Shown in pieces: positions 29,548-57,762 of a DNA stretch of 64,000 nt (the first letter of the stretch is position 1; every line of letters starts with the position of its first letter). The notes below the pieces were generated by a model, which searched no databases, was not told the origin of the DNA, and worked only from the letters and a program-made list of their open reading frames with translations. Origin of the DNA: Chrysomallon squamiferum. Its lineage: Eukaryota > Animalia > Mollusca. The DNA is taken from assembly GCA_012295275.1 (NCBI GenBank), contig CM022671.1, positions 11,098,001 to 11,162,000 of the forward strand. Reading direction: 5' to 3'. Made by a program: the position numbers and the translations under genes.

Positions 29548-30120
29548 TAATAATAATCTCAAAAATAAAATGAAGACATCTCTAGAAGATGTGTTTTTAA
29601 GGAGCAATTCAGACAGGCCGCCAGCTGACATGAATAACTGAGACAGAGCTTCAACGTGTTCAGCAGGAAATATTTTGAATGCACTACATACAATTAACAA
29701 ACCTCTTCTGAGTCGTTTTGAGATTAACTACAATCACCATGACTTCAGACAGAATAGAAAATGTTATTTCATCTCGTTATTATTATTATTGTTTTTTAAT
29801 CCGTTAACTTGTTGTTGCAGATTCACAAGACACTGCAATGGGGACGTAACAGTAGGAGAAATCAAAACAATAAGCTTTGCAGCGAGTTTATCCGTTATTG
29901 TCACTGTTAACAATTTACTTTAAAGATTATTTAAATTTCAGCTTAATTAATTTCTGGCTCATTGTTTTGATCACGCGAATGTTTGGTCAAATTCCCTTGC
30001 AAAAGAAATTATGTCTGAGCTGTCATTGTTTTATATCTGTTAAAGCCGATATTTCTAGTTACAAGTGAATTTTATGATATTTGAAATATTTTATTTCTAA
30101 CGGTTATTAGGTGTCATAAA

Positions 30121-30174
<54 letters not shown>

Positions 30175-31157
30175 CGATAATTAGAAAGAGGAAACTGGTG
30201 CAGCTATTCGATGGTTACTCTTACTGAGTACTTGCCTGACGCAAATTGTGGAAGGTAGAAACATTGGCTAGAGCAGGAAATAGCCCAGTGCTGAAAACTG
30301 AATTATGTAATTTTCTCTCTGGGCTGAAAACTGTATCAGGAAATAAAATCTTCACATTCCAGCGTTTAGTTAAAGGGCAACGCTAATCTGCCATAGCGTT
30401 CGTAGAAGTATCACTTTTCACAAAGTTCAAAGTCCAATTCAATGTCATTTTTTCACTGACGTCTCAGTTATCTAATGTTAGAACTATTCAGGCCATCGAT
30501 CTTAGAACCTCCGCTATAGTGCTCCCTTGGTATTTCTGAGCCATCCGAAAAAATTATAATAATAATAAAATAATAAACAAAATAAAAGTTTAATAAGTGT
30601 TTTAATTAATTTTGTATAATTAAAAGAGTGTATTATTTTATCTTACAATTTAAAATCAATTTAAAAAGTCTATAAAACAACACAGAAAACGATGTGAACT
30701 GAACTGTTAAAAAGATAATCCAAAACATTTATTAAAAAAAAAGACAAATAAAGAGATGTTTTGTTTTTCCTGCTGGATTCATAATGTAACAGCAGAGAGA
30801 TAATGGGGTATACGTATAAATTTTATAGTCAGAATCGCATGGCAGAATGTCTCGCGAGAACTCCTGCTGTCGTGTTTCTGCGACCAGTCGAATGCAGCTG
30901 ACGCTCCCAGCATGCTTAGCGCATGTCTGCCTGTCTGCATGCAACACTTCATCAATCAGACAGAACAGCCAGTGACTCATTGTAGGAAAATTCAAATAAC
31001 TCGAATGGGTTCTATTCAGGTGGATGATTTACTGTATACAATAATAGTATGGTAAAAGAAAGTCTCACAGATTTAGATAAACTATAGCTTTTTGTTCATA
31101 TTATATAATTATATATACTTCTGATATGTTGACTGTTTCTGAAGGCTAATAATAATA

Positions 31158-31215
<58 letters not shown>

Positions 31216-32471
31216 TGGAGGAGTTACATGAAATGAGAGGCTGCTGCTTTGTATCACGATAGTCCGGTAATAGATCAATTGTGATCATAAAATAAAAAAA
31301 GAATTGAAAATTACTTGTTACAGTTTTGAAAATGATAGGTTTTGGAAGAGCGAAATATCGCAGTATATTTTTTTATTATTATAATGGTTCTGTTGTCAAT
31401 TTTCTTTGAAAAATAAATATATGTATATATATTAAGCACTTTTTTTTTTTTCATATAATAAAATAAATAAATATAAAGGACTATTGTCATTAATTATTTG
31501 CAGTGGTTCTTTTAAAAATACACTTGCTGTAGAAAGTAAACCATGCAGCAGACATGGAAAACACATGGAAGAGATTGATGCGACAACCATTGTGCTTGGG
31601 ACAAGTGCTTTATCACTTAGGGCGTTTTATTACTGTATCGGTTACTTTCTTTTTTTCTTTTGTTTCGTCTTCTTTTTCCACTTTTATTACTTCTTTTTTT
31701 TTTAATTTCTAATTCTCTAATACGATCAAGAAAAAAGGACATTTTTAAAAAATTAATGAAAGAAAGAAAAGGGAAGAAAAAGAAAATCAGTAACAACATT
31801 TGCACCATTTGTGAAGCAGTCTATAAAATAACATATTTTCGTTTGCACAAAATGAAATAAAGCCGGCTTTTCTGACAAGTCTGAGAAAGATGTGTTTATC
31901 TTTCCCTTGTTGTATGTAACTCGTGGCATTAACAGAGATAGTGTATCTTGTTTGCGTCATCTCTCCCGTTGTTAACTACATTTTGAAGAAATCCGGTTCA
32001 ACTGACAAGACATACTGTGATAAAAAATGTTAGCATTTTCTACCACTTTATTTTTATTATAAAAAGCTTTATGTGTATTTTTATCATCGAGTCGAATGCC
32101 TAGGTCAGCATGTTTAGTTTTAACAGACGATGATAAACAATTTGGTTAAAAGGAAACATACACATACATACGTCCATTATTATGGAAAACAAAGCTGGTA
32201 ATTTACAGAAAGGAGTGGCTATTGGGAAACAATAAAAATTATCCTGTGATTAATTTACCTAGGTGTAAATTCAACACTTTTCTTCTTGTGTGAATAGTTG
32301 TAATTATGGAATAATGAGGTAACCTTGCATGACTGTGATCACAATAACTGATTCTGCTGTACTTATAGAATAATCCGTATTAAAAGAATGAAGAAAAGAA
32401 GGCTGGTGGGAGGGAGAAATAAAAATCGTAAAAGATATTATACAATGATAAATCTTTTCTCTTACCTGATG

Positions 32472-32521
<50 letters not shown>

Positions 32522-33069
32522 CAACTCACACACAAACTCAACGACGATTTATCGTCTGTATTTTATTTCATTTTATATTTTAAAAATTAGGGTTAATTTT
32601 TTAGGTGGTTTTTTTTTTTTTTTTTTTTTTTTCATTTAACTCAAACAGATTGAAAAATTGTTTCAGAGTAATGTTCATAATAATGAAAAATCCAAACAAA
32701 TCAATAATACAGTAATTATAACATAACAGTCGCCGTATGTTTACTAATACTGTACTGAAAGAACCATTAATTAGCCCTACAGTTATCTAGAAACATTTCG
32801 TGACACATACAGGTGTGTACATCAGGAAAATAACTCATCACCAAAACGTTGTATCTGTTATGTTAGTATATTCATTATATTAAACATGTCCAAATTTTCT
32901 CTCTATGGAAGTACAATATATATATAGATAGACAGATAGATATAAATATAAAATAAGTAAAAAGTCAGTAATAACGATAATATTAAATAAACAAAATATT
33001 TCCCCTCATATATTAATTACAAAAAGCAAATGAGACATGATAGTAGGATAAAAATTATATTAATTTATG

Positions 33070-33108
<39 letters not shown>

Positions 33109-35850
33109 GTGTGTGTGTGGTTAACTATATAGCCTGTACACACGGATGTACATTAATCTCTTTGTACCGTTTTCATATATTTTGCGTTGTTATTAAAGTG
33201 AACACTAACGGATATTTTCTAGTGATATGTATCCCTGTTGTGACGCATAGCAATCCAGAAACACATGAATTATTTAATGATAAGCACAAACATATGTTTT
33301 CCAGTTTAGAAACCACAGGTTGTGATCGTTAAAAACAAAACGTGTCCATGTGTCTTTAAACAAAACACTGATTCATCAGTACAAACTTCAACAAACGAAC
33401 TTAGCTATTTTTAATTACCAGACAAAAGCTGCCCTTGCCTGACGGGAATTGATCCTATTTCGGACTATCACCGAGTTAACACGATGTTAGAAATGACCGT
33501 CACGTGCTGAAATGTCGCAGTATTCAGCAGTTTGAAGGTCACAGCTGACTGGTCCGATGTGTCACAGAGTTCGCGTCACTGGCAGCTGACTGTGCCACAG
33601 TCGATAACTTTAACTTACTACTAACATTGTATTACGCTGTGGCAGCTGGTTTCAAACAAACAACAACTCAGCGATGAAACGTAGGCGTCCCCGTACGTAC
33701 GCAGAGCCAATGTAAAGACAATATATATATATATTATACATACATAAATACATACACACAACAACATTATTGATTAAATCTTATCATTTTATGATTGATT
33801 AATCAAACTGAAAAAAAAAAAGGAGTGGATAATCTTTTTGCGTTTCTTAATTCTTAGCTACGCCTGACTTTACCCCAACCATCCCCTTTTCCAGAAGCAG
33901 AAGTTGAAATTGCTGATCTCTTAGATATTGTTGCACGCTCTTTCTTTTTCCTTTTCTTTCTTCCTTTTTTTTTTTTTGAAACAGACAAAATATGTAATTT
34001 GTAAGGATGTATGGATGATTATTAATTTAACTATAAAAACTGGTATGAGGAAACCCGGCAACGCTGAATTATAGCTTTTTCTTTTCTTCTTCTTCTTTTC
34101 CTTTCTTTCCCCAGACAGGTAATAAATATACATTAATTTATTTATTTATTACTGTGTGCACTTTCCAGCGAGGAAGAAAACCTGTCATATACGATATACG
34201 AGAAGAAATAATGAATGTGGAATTGTAAATAGCTAAATCATTTACTGAGAGAGATTATCTGTATTTGCAGATAGTGTTATTTATTTATTTAGCTGGTTCA
34301 GGGAGCGTTTGGTCATTGTTTGTCTTTTCTTCTTGTTCTTCACCTTCTCCTTTTCTTCCTCCTTCTTCTTCTTTTTCTTCTTCTTCTCGTCAAATTATTA
34401 TTACATTATTACATAAAACAGTTTTCAGATATTCCATTCTGTTAAATTATAGCTGCTTTGTTTCTTACTTCATCCAGGTGTTGTGGCCTTCATATCTCAT
34501 GTGATAAATTTAATCAGTGAATTTTTGTTATATAAAACGAATCATAGTTTATTCATTATTTTTATATCTTTAAGCCGCTGAAATATATATAATATATATC
34601 TTTATATATTTATACATATTGTTGTATCAATTAATAAATGAAGGAGTCATAATCACTAACCTGTATTAAAGGTGGTCTAAGTCTTACTGATTAAGAATAA
34701 ATAACAAGATAACGGATACTAATGTTATGTTTAAGTTCTTTCATTTGTTATTTCACTGAATGGATCAGTTTCATACCAGTCTCCCTACATTAGCTGGAAC
34801 GGGAAAGAGTTTTGATTTGCTACTGTTTGCAATGTAATAGATAAGCATTAGCCCATCAAAATAATAAGAACCAAATTTTCTACACAGTGCATTTAAAAAT
34901 TAAAAATAAAAAGATTCTATAACACCACCAAGTAAGTAATATTAACAGATGGGTCTTTGGTATCTCATTTTTCGACAGTGTCATAATATGTTACTCATCC
35001 CAGACATACTCGATCTTTTTACGACCTCAAAACGAGAAAGTCGCTGCAGGCGGGCGTTTCCAGTGGAAAACACTGCAGTCAAGAACACGCTTTTCTTTAA
35101 CTGGTCGCTGTGTTTGTTTACCATGCGGGGGAAAAGTCAATATTTCACATGATGAAGATTTATTAATCTGCGAAGACAAAGTACTTGAACAGTGTTACTA
35201 CGTCGTAAGGGAGATTGCCCCAAAATTCATTACTCTATTAATACTGTTAGCAGAACAGTGGAATTAAATACGTGGCGGGTAACTATCAAATACCATTTTT
35301 GATATATAACCATGTTATTTTGTGTTGGGGATGGGGACCACTGTAAAGGCGTGTCCTCTCTTTTCTTGCCGACCAAAGGTGAAATTCTGCGTAGGTCCCT
35401 GATTACAATAATTTAGATTTTTCAAAAATCAGTTTCTGAATTTTTATAATTAATTTTTTTGAATCTTTATTATAACGTGATATACTGAACCTTAAACGTG
35501 TCCTTTTTTGGTATGTAATAACAAGTGAAAGGGATACGTTTTTTTATATATAAACATTAAAATACTAGGTTTCACAGTAGGAAAAATATATGACGTGGGT
35601 TTATCTTTTTGTCCCTGGCACAGACCAGTTCAACAGTTACTAGTTCTGATTGAGAACAATTAGTAAATGCTTTAATTATCTTCAGCTATTTGAAGTAACC
35701 TATACACTTTTCACATCATGTGGGCTTTGATCTTTTGGGTTATCTGATTAGCTATCACTGTGAGATGAATGAAAGAGTTTGAAAGGAACGCTGGTGATAA
35801 ATAGGAACTAAAATTTTGCATATCATTAAACACAAAGACAAGAGGCCATT

Positions 35851-35881
<31 letters not shown>

Positions 35882-36264
35882 TCAGTATTTTTTTTCCAAT
35901 CAGTATTTTTTTTCCCCAACCAGATATTTTATTATTCTTATTGTTATTATTTATTTATTTATTTACGAATAAACTCCATTCCTTTTAACAATTATATCCA
36001 CCACGATGAATTTTGGACCCTCTGCCACTTCTGTTTCTGTTGTAAGTTATAATACTTACATTTCACGAATCATCAAAATATATGAATGTGACGAAGCTAC
36101 AGATTTTACAGTTTTCGAAATTTTAAGTTATATCATGTGCTTGGTGATATTTATATATATTAGTACATTAATATACAAATATTAATATACAAAATAAAAA
36201 TAATTTACCTAGTACATGTGTAATAGAAGCAAAAATCAAATATGTAATTTACAATCCTATAGTT

Positions 36265-36323
<59 letters not shown>

Positions 36324-36544
36324 TGCATATACAATTAATATTTAAAATTTAAATTATGATGTGAGGAAATCTTTTGAAACTCATTTAACAAGCGCTCAGA
36401 GGATAATGCTTAGTAAGCGATCTGTAATCACGACTCTAGCATGGAGATCTTGAGCTTATCATTAAATCCCGGCTTCACTGTTTATTTATTTATTCATTAT
36501 TATTATTATTATTATTATTATTTTTTTTTGTTGTTGTTGTTGTT

Positions 36545-36575
<31 letters not shown>

Positions 36576-37199
36576 GCGAATGGCTTTACACTAGTAAACA
36601 ATTATCAGACTGGAATAAGATCATTATTTTTATTTAGTTTTTATTATTATTAATAACATTAATTATTCTATTATTTTGGTATACAGTACACCCACATATA
36701 CGTATCTATTCATGATTTATTACAAAATTAATATATCTTTAAAAAATAATAATAATAATAATAATATAAATAACAACAATAATAATAATAGTAAATCATT
36801 TAAAATACATTTACTATTTTTAATTTTATTTTTCTCTTATTTTATTTATTTATTTATTATGAATTGCTTTATAAGACAGAAAATAATATTATATATATAT
36901 ATATGATACATGTGCACACCTTTCCTAGTGATAGATCTGCTCGAGTTAACATATTTTATGACGATTGCAAACACTCCTTCCCTCTTCTGAGGTCAGCGCG
37001 TTATTAAGACCCTCGTCTGCTTCAGTGACGGATATCCGACGTTTCACCATTCAATTACCACCTCTTAGGAATGAGTTCTACATGTTTTCGGTTACATTTT
37101 GTTAATTTTTAAAAATCAAAATGATATTTCAGAATAAGAACATTTAAAACTTTAAGTTTTAAATTTACAATTAGTAATTATAGATTTTATTTTGAATTT

Positions 37200-37520
37200 A
37201 CTTAAATTGTGATTTACGAGGCCGTTTGACGGAACTACTTTCAGAGGCTTGAAAGGAGCCGCCATTGCAGATGTTGTGGAGAGTGGGAAGAAATTGATAA
37301 ATGATTTTTGTGATGTTGACAACAATGGATTATTCGAATATATGTACTACGTTTGTTTAGCGAAAGGAAGTGTTGATTCTTTTTTCAATACTTCACAAAA
37401 TATTAGCGATTAATAACTGTGGAAGTTAATATTTTGTTATATCGAACTGAATGTCGCCCATTTTTTTACTTTTCCATCATGGTGTGAAAAAAATAATTTC
37501 AAGATGGCATGTGCCATCGT
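37200..37520 (+). promoter_or_regulatory. Probable WNK promoter / TSS region
   Basis: Locally CpG-rich patch ~450-750 bp upstream of the ATG with YY1-like GCCGCCATTG (37258-37267) and CAAGATGGC (37500-37508). Confidence 0.4.
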
Positions 37521-37948
37521 GGATTCAGTTTGTATTTCTTGTTCGTCATATCCTGTAGTTGTCAACTGTTGTGAGGTTCAGATCTGCCTGGATATGTGTA
37601 TGAAGCCAGCAGATGCCGTCTATGTTAAGTGTCCACAAGCCACTGACATGGATTACGTTTACAGTGAGGCTGATGGGCCAGACAGAATCTATATCATGTC
37701 GCTTGGATCAGTCTTTCACCAGCTATGTTTGTGAATGTGTGATATTTGACAGTTTGCGCAGGAGTGAGTTGTGTATTTCTATTATGTAGTGTAGACTTTA
37801 GATAGAAATACATTTTAGAATGTCGTTTGAACTAATTTTTCATACCTCGTCTTCCAGTTTCGAGCAACAGAACTTACAGTCTGTAACATTTGACCATGTG
37901 TTTTAGAATATTTCAGTTTTGAGTTCACATTTTTTGATTCATATCAAA

Positions 37949-53244
<15,296 letters not shown>

Positions 53245-54631
53245 TGCCAGCCGAAGTCTTTCATTTAAACTTAATTTCCTATATCAGAATCGAGAACATT
53301 TCAATTTCTGTTGCTTATCTGTGTAAGAATTGAAAGACAGGAGATTGTGCTTAGTGCAGAAAGAAAAACATTTTGAATTATTCTCATTCCCAGTATTATA
53401 GATATGTGAGTTTTGAGGCCTGAAAATTGTGTTTTGAATGGCTGATGTGAAGTGTACTTAAGAAGCTTTTTGCAAGCATTCGTATTAAGCCTTATTAGCA
53501 CTTGCCTAGAATATTGTTTAAATCCATGGATCAGTTGCCATGACTGTATTTAACATTTTCTCTATTTCTGTTTTAATCCTGCACTTGTACATTGAATTTA
53601 AAAAACACTAAATGTATGAAAAGCAAAAGACATTAAATGTATGATTGTCTGGTAATGTGCACAGACTCTACTTTATAGTTCATTCACATGCTCAAGATTT
53701 CAATGCTTCAACTTTGGTGTGTGCCGTGATATTTGTTAGCCGTTTTAAAATTTCTTGCAATATTTTCTATTGTAGCGCTGTGACCAGTATTACTTAAGTT
53801 TTTTTGTCAGGTATGTCTGAGCTGTGAAACAAAAGATGGGTTTTGGGGTTTCTGAGATGGGGATGATTTTAATTTTTATTTCAGTTGTAATGTTTAATGA
53901 TTGAACTGCATTTGAATACATTATTTCTGTTTAAAAATTTGCTTTTGCTAAAATAGTTTCTTGTATAGTAGCTATTGTTTGTACTAAACTGGCTAAAATG
54001 TTTAAAGAAGAATGAATAAATATTTCAAATTTTTTACTGATAACTCTTCTTTAAATTTTCCCTTTCTGACAATTTTTGTTTTTGTTTTTTTTGTTTTTTT
54101 GTTTTTGTTAGATTTATTAAATGATAAAATTATTGCTTAATTAGTTATTATCATTAATTCATGAAAATGTACAATATTGGCCAATATATGTTATTAATGA
54201 CTAATACTTAGCATTTCTACTGATACTCTTAAAAGACACTTCTGGAGGTATAAAAGGTACTGAAAGTGTGGTTTGTTTATTCTTTTCAGTTAAATCCAAT
54301 AACTAAATATATATTATTTAAATTAAAAAAAGAAATTGTAAAAGTTATCATTTTTGCATTTGATCTTAAATCATTTATAAAAATTGGGGGAAGAAAATTT
54401 ATATTTTGAAGAAATACATTTCTTTGTAGTATGTATCTTTTAAACATTTTATGTTTTATTGCTAGGTTATTTTCTTTATAACTGACTGTCTTTTTCCTTC
54501 CTTTGAGATTATATTTGGAAACCAGGGTAAAATATCTGAGAATGCAAAGTAAAAATACTTTATTTTTTTAACTTGATATAAAAGTAACATTTTTATTTTT
54601 TTTAAATGTGGAAAAGAACTGAATGTCGAAC

Positions 54632-54664
<33 letters not shown>

Positions 54665-55600
54665 TGCCTCTGAAAAATTTGTATTTACAAAAGAGTAAAT
54701 TTAATTTTAATGGAAATGTTTGTAGATAATCCATAAATGTTGGTCTTAACACAATCTGGTTCTGAATTTACATCATCTCAAACTTGCATATATAATAATG
54801 TAGTTACAATGTCCTCCCCTTGAAATCCTGTCATGTGATAGACTATTTTAATGCATAACTGATAAAAAAAATTCATCACCATTTCATACTAATCTTTAGT
54901 GATCACTTTTGATTTCAAAAGCACTGATTCATATATTTATTTCTTTATTATTATTATTGATTTATTTTATTTTTTTATTTATATTTGCAACTTTATTTAC
55001 TTCAATTATCAGTTCATTTGTTGTCTATTCCATAAACCTGATTTTTGATTTTTAAAAAACAAATTTGTATCACGTGGATTTCTTCAGAGATTTCACCCCT
55101 TTGCGAGTTATGTGTATACTTTTAATTTTTGTCTATAAAGAACTCATAATTAGTTGGGGCCAAAGGTTACAGTAGGACAAGTTCAATGGGTGTCTGCTTT
55201 AATTCACAGCTGTTACACGTAGGTGTTGAAACCTGAAATGTATTGTTTGTGTAAATTGTAACTTGTATTTTTTTTTCTCTATTTAAAATTGGCACTGTTA
55301 TGAAACTAATATTGTTTGAATTTTTGCAAAGCATTGTGAGAGTGAACATAAAAGTATGTGCAATTAGATTTGAATAACTCACTGCTTTAAGGGTTATTTT
55401 ATGATTTTGTTCTGTGAGTTCCTTATATGTTGAATTTCTGGCAATATTAGTTTAAAAAAATGATTTTTTTTTTTTAAATTACAACACGGACCTGTAAATT
55501 ATATATATATATATGTATGCCAGTTGTATCCTGTTAATTTCATTGCACCAGGAGGCTATTTTTAATATTGTGATAATAAATAAAAATGAAAAACACAAAA
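53245..55600 (+). other. Probable WNK 3' UTR
   Basis: T-rich non-coding sequence after the stop, with candidate AATAAA at 54015 and 55575. The true 3' end cannot be determined from sequence. Confidence 0.45.
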
Positions 55601-57385
55601 ACTGTATAATTGTAAAAGTTGGCTGATGCTCTTTCATGTTATATTTTTGGATTTAATATCTCAATACAATGCAAATAAACAGCTTTTGCAGGAAGATAAA
55701 TGTTTAAAAACAAGTTTGTTATTTGTTTTCTTTCTTTATATGATATTTGATGATCCATTTGTTTCAAAGTTACAAATAAATTGTCTTGCAAAATTGTTTA
55801 TACTTCATAATTATTTTATTGTTTTGGGCAACCCATGGTATCTCAAAGCAAAGTTTGATGATAATACTGTTGATGAACATGTAAATGCTTTACAAGTGAA
55901 GTCAGTTTGATCGACTGATCATTGTATTTTCTTGGCACCCTTAATACTTGTAGCAGAAACTTGAGAAACAGCCTGACCAAGATATTTTAAACTGCTCTTT
56001 TGACATATCATTTTTAATTGATAAACAATACAGTACTCAGAAGAATGCTGAATGTTTTTAGACATGAACACTAAACAAAAAATGCATTCACATAAACAAT
56101 CAAAAACAAATAATAATACATTTGTTAATATGTTTACCACTGAAAAGGTTTTATTTTTTGAAGGAAACTTTAGTTTGGTCAGCAAATGTTTCGATGGGAC
56201 TATCCATGCTGTCAGTAAATGTCAAATGTTCAGTTACATTGTACCAGTGTAAGATATTGGCAATTAACATCATCTTTTGTTTGTGATTTGGGCTGTTGTT
56301 TTTATTTGTTTTGTTTTTTTAAATATATTATTAATTAGGCCTATCAGTTTATTATTTCGTATTCCTAATATTAACATATAATAAAAAGTAAATTTAAAAC
56401 CACTGTTTGAATCATGGATGATTCATTTTAAAATAATCATGCTATTATAAATTTATATCACTTCCATTTTACCATATTAAAATTTTAATAGAGCCATTAC
56501 TGCTTTAGTTCACTGCACAACCAATTTTCCAGAATCCTTGGTTCCAGACATTCCTCATTTCCAGTTCTTCCAGACCAAAAGTGGTCACTATATAACAATT
56601 CGACAATATACCTCCCAAAACTGAATGAACATTGTTAGAAACCTAAAATAAATAATTAAAATGATTAAATGAAATCCATTAATACAAGTTTTAAGTATCA
56701 CCATCAGATTATTAATTTAAAAATTAAATAATAATTATTAATGCCAAAGAAATTAATTTCAAACACCCACATATAATTCTGTCTGGTTTAAAAGGTTTTG
56801 AACCATCAGATCCATAAAACAAATTGTGAACTTTTGTTGCAAAAAAACATTTATAAAATGGAATATGGTTACTATGAACTGCAATCATGTCTGAAGTTAT
56901 CTCTGCGTTGCGGCAGACTAAAGATCTGGGGTTAAAGAAATATTTTCAGGCGATTTTGCTCGTCTTTTCAATGTAACTAGCAGTTTGTGTCTATCATCTC
57001 ATGAACAAATATTTATTGTTTAATTTATCTATTACAATATTAGCTTTCAGTCAGTAGTATTACTGGGCTTGTGTTATTAATATATTTAACACTAACTACA
57101 GAAAAAGATAATAAATAAATAAATCAATCAAGAAGAACATTCTTGGTCCGAATCTGAATTTTGTCCTAAACCTTTATATTAGAAATAATATATTTATGTC
57201 TTAAAAGTATTTTGCAAGAAAAATGTAATAGAACAATGTTGTAAGAAGTAAGATTTTAATATTATTCGTTCGCATTTGTTTGTTTGTTGTTGTCAGTTTT
57301 GCGGTATTTTTATTTTAGTTATATCTTTACATCGGTAAACATCGGATATTTCCGTTGACCTAACAACCTTGACATTTGACCAGAA

Positions 57386-57395
57386 TTTCCCGCGC
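57386..57395 (+). promoter_or_regulatory. E2F binding site in the MCM2 promoter
   Basis: TTTCCCGCGC ~30-40 bp upstream of the MCM2 ATG; MCM genes are canonical E2F targets. Confidence 0.8.
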
Positions 57396-57424
57396 TTTTT
57401 AACACGCTGTGAAAGAAAGTGACA

Positions 57425-57430
57425 ATGGCG
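57425..57430 (+). CDS. MCM2: MCM2 exon 1 coding part (Met-Ala only)
   Basis: acaATGGCG|GTAAGT: good Kozak context and a perfect donor; phase 0 matches exon 2; E2F site ~35 bp upstream. Confidence 0.85.
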
Positions 57431-57724
57431 GTAAGTGAAGTTAAATATTTGTTCATATTACAGTAAAAATCATAGTTAAACATAAAGCAGCATTCATAAA
57501 GATTAAATAATTCTGTTTGGTAAAGTCCAACACTAAGAGGGTTAAAGACAATATTCCCTTGTTAACGTTGTTGATAATTTAATAAATGTGGGATGATACT
57601 GAAGGAAAAAAATAAACAGTAATCACTGTAATCAGTGTAATGTAATGGAAAGCTAAAATTATGATTAGAATTATTACGAGTTAAAAAGTACTTGTCTGAG
57701 ATCGACATGCTCCGTTTCCACGTT

Positions 57725-57762
<38 letters not shown>

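Noticed and set aside
29491-29700. Minus-strand 69-aa ORF with a protein-like stretch (PAEHVEALSQLFMSAGGLSELL)
   Set aside because: Isolated, unrecognised, runs into (TA)n and has no partner exons.
35180-35405. GC-richer patch resembling a MITE end (similar patches at ~16175-16235 and ~63577-63625)
   Set aside because: No matching terminal inverted repeat pair or target-site duplication could be identified by eye.
55626-56252. Short ORFs between WNK and MCM2
   Set aside because: AT-rich, no motifs or splice support; likely UTR or intergenic.
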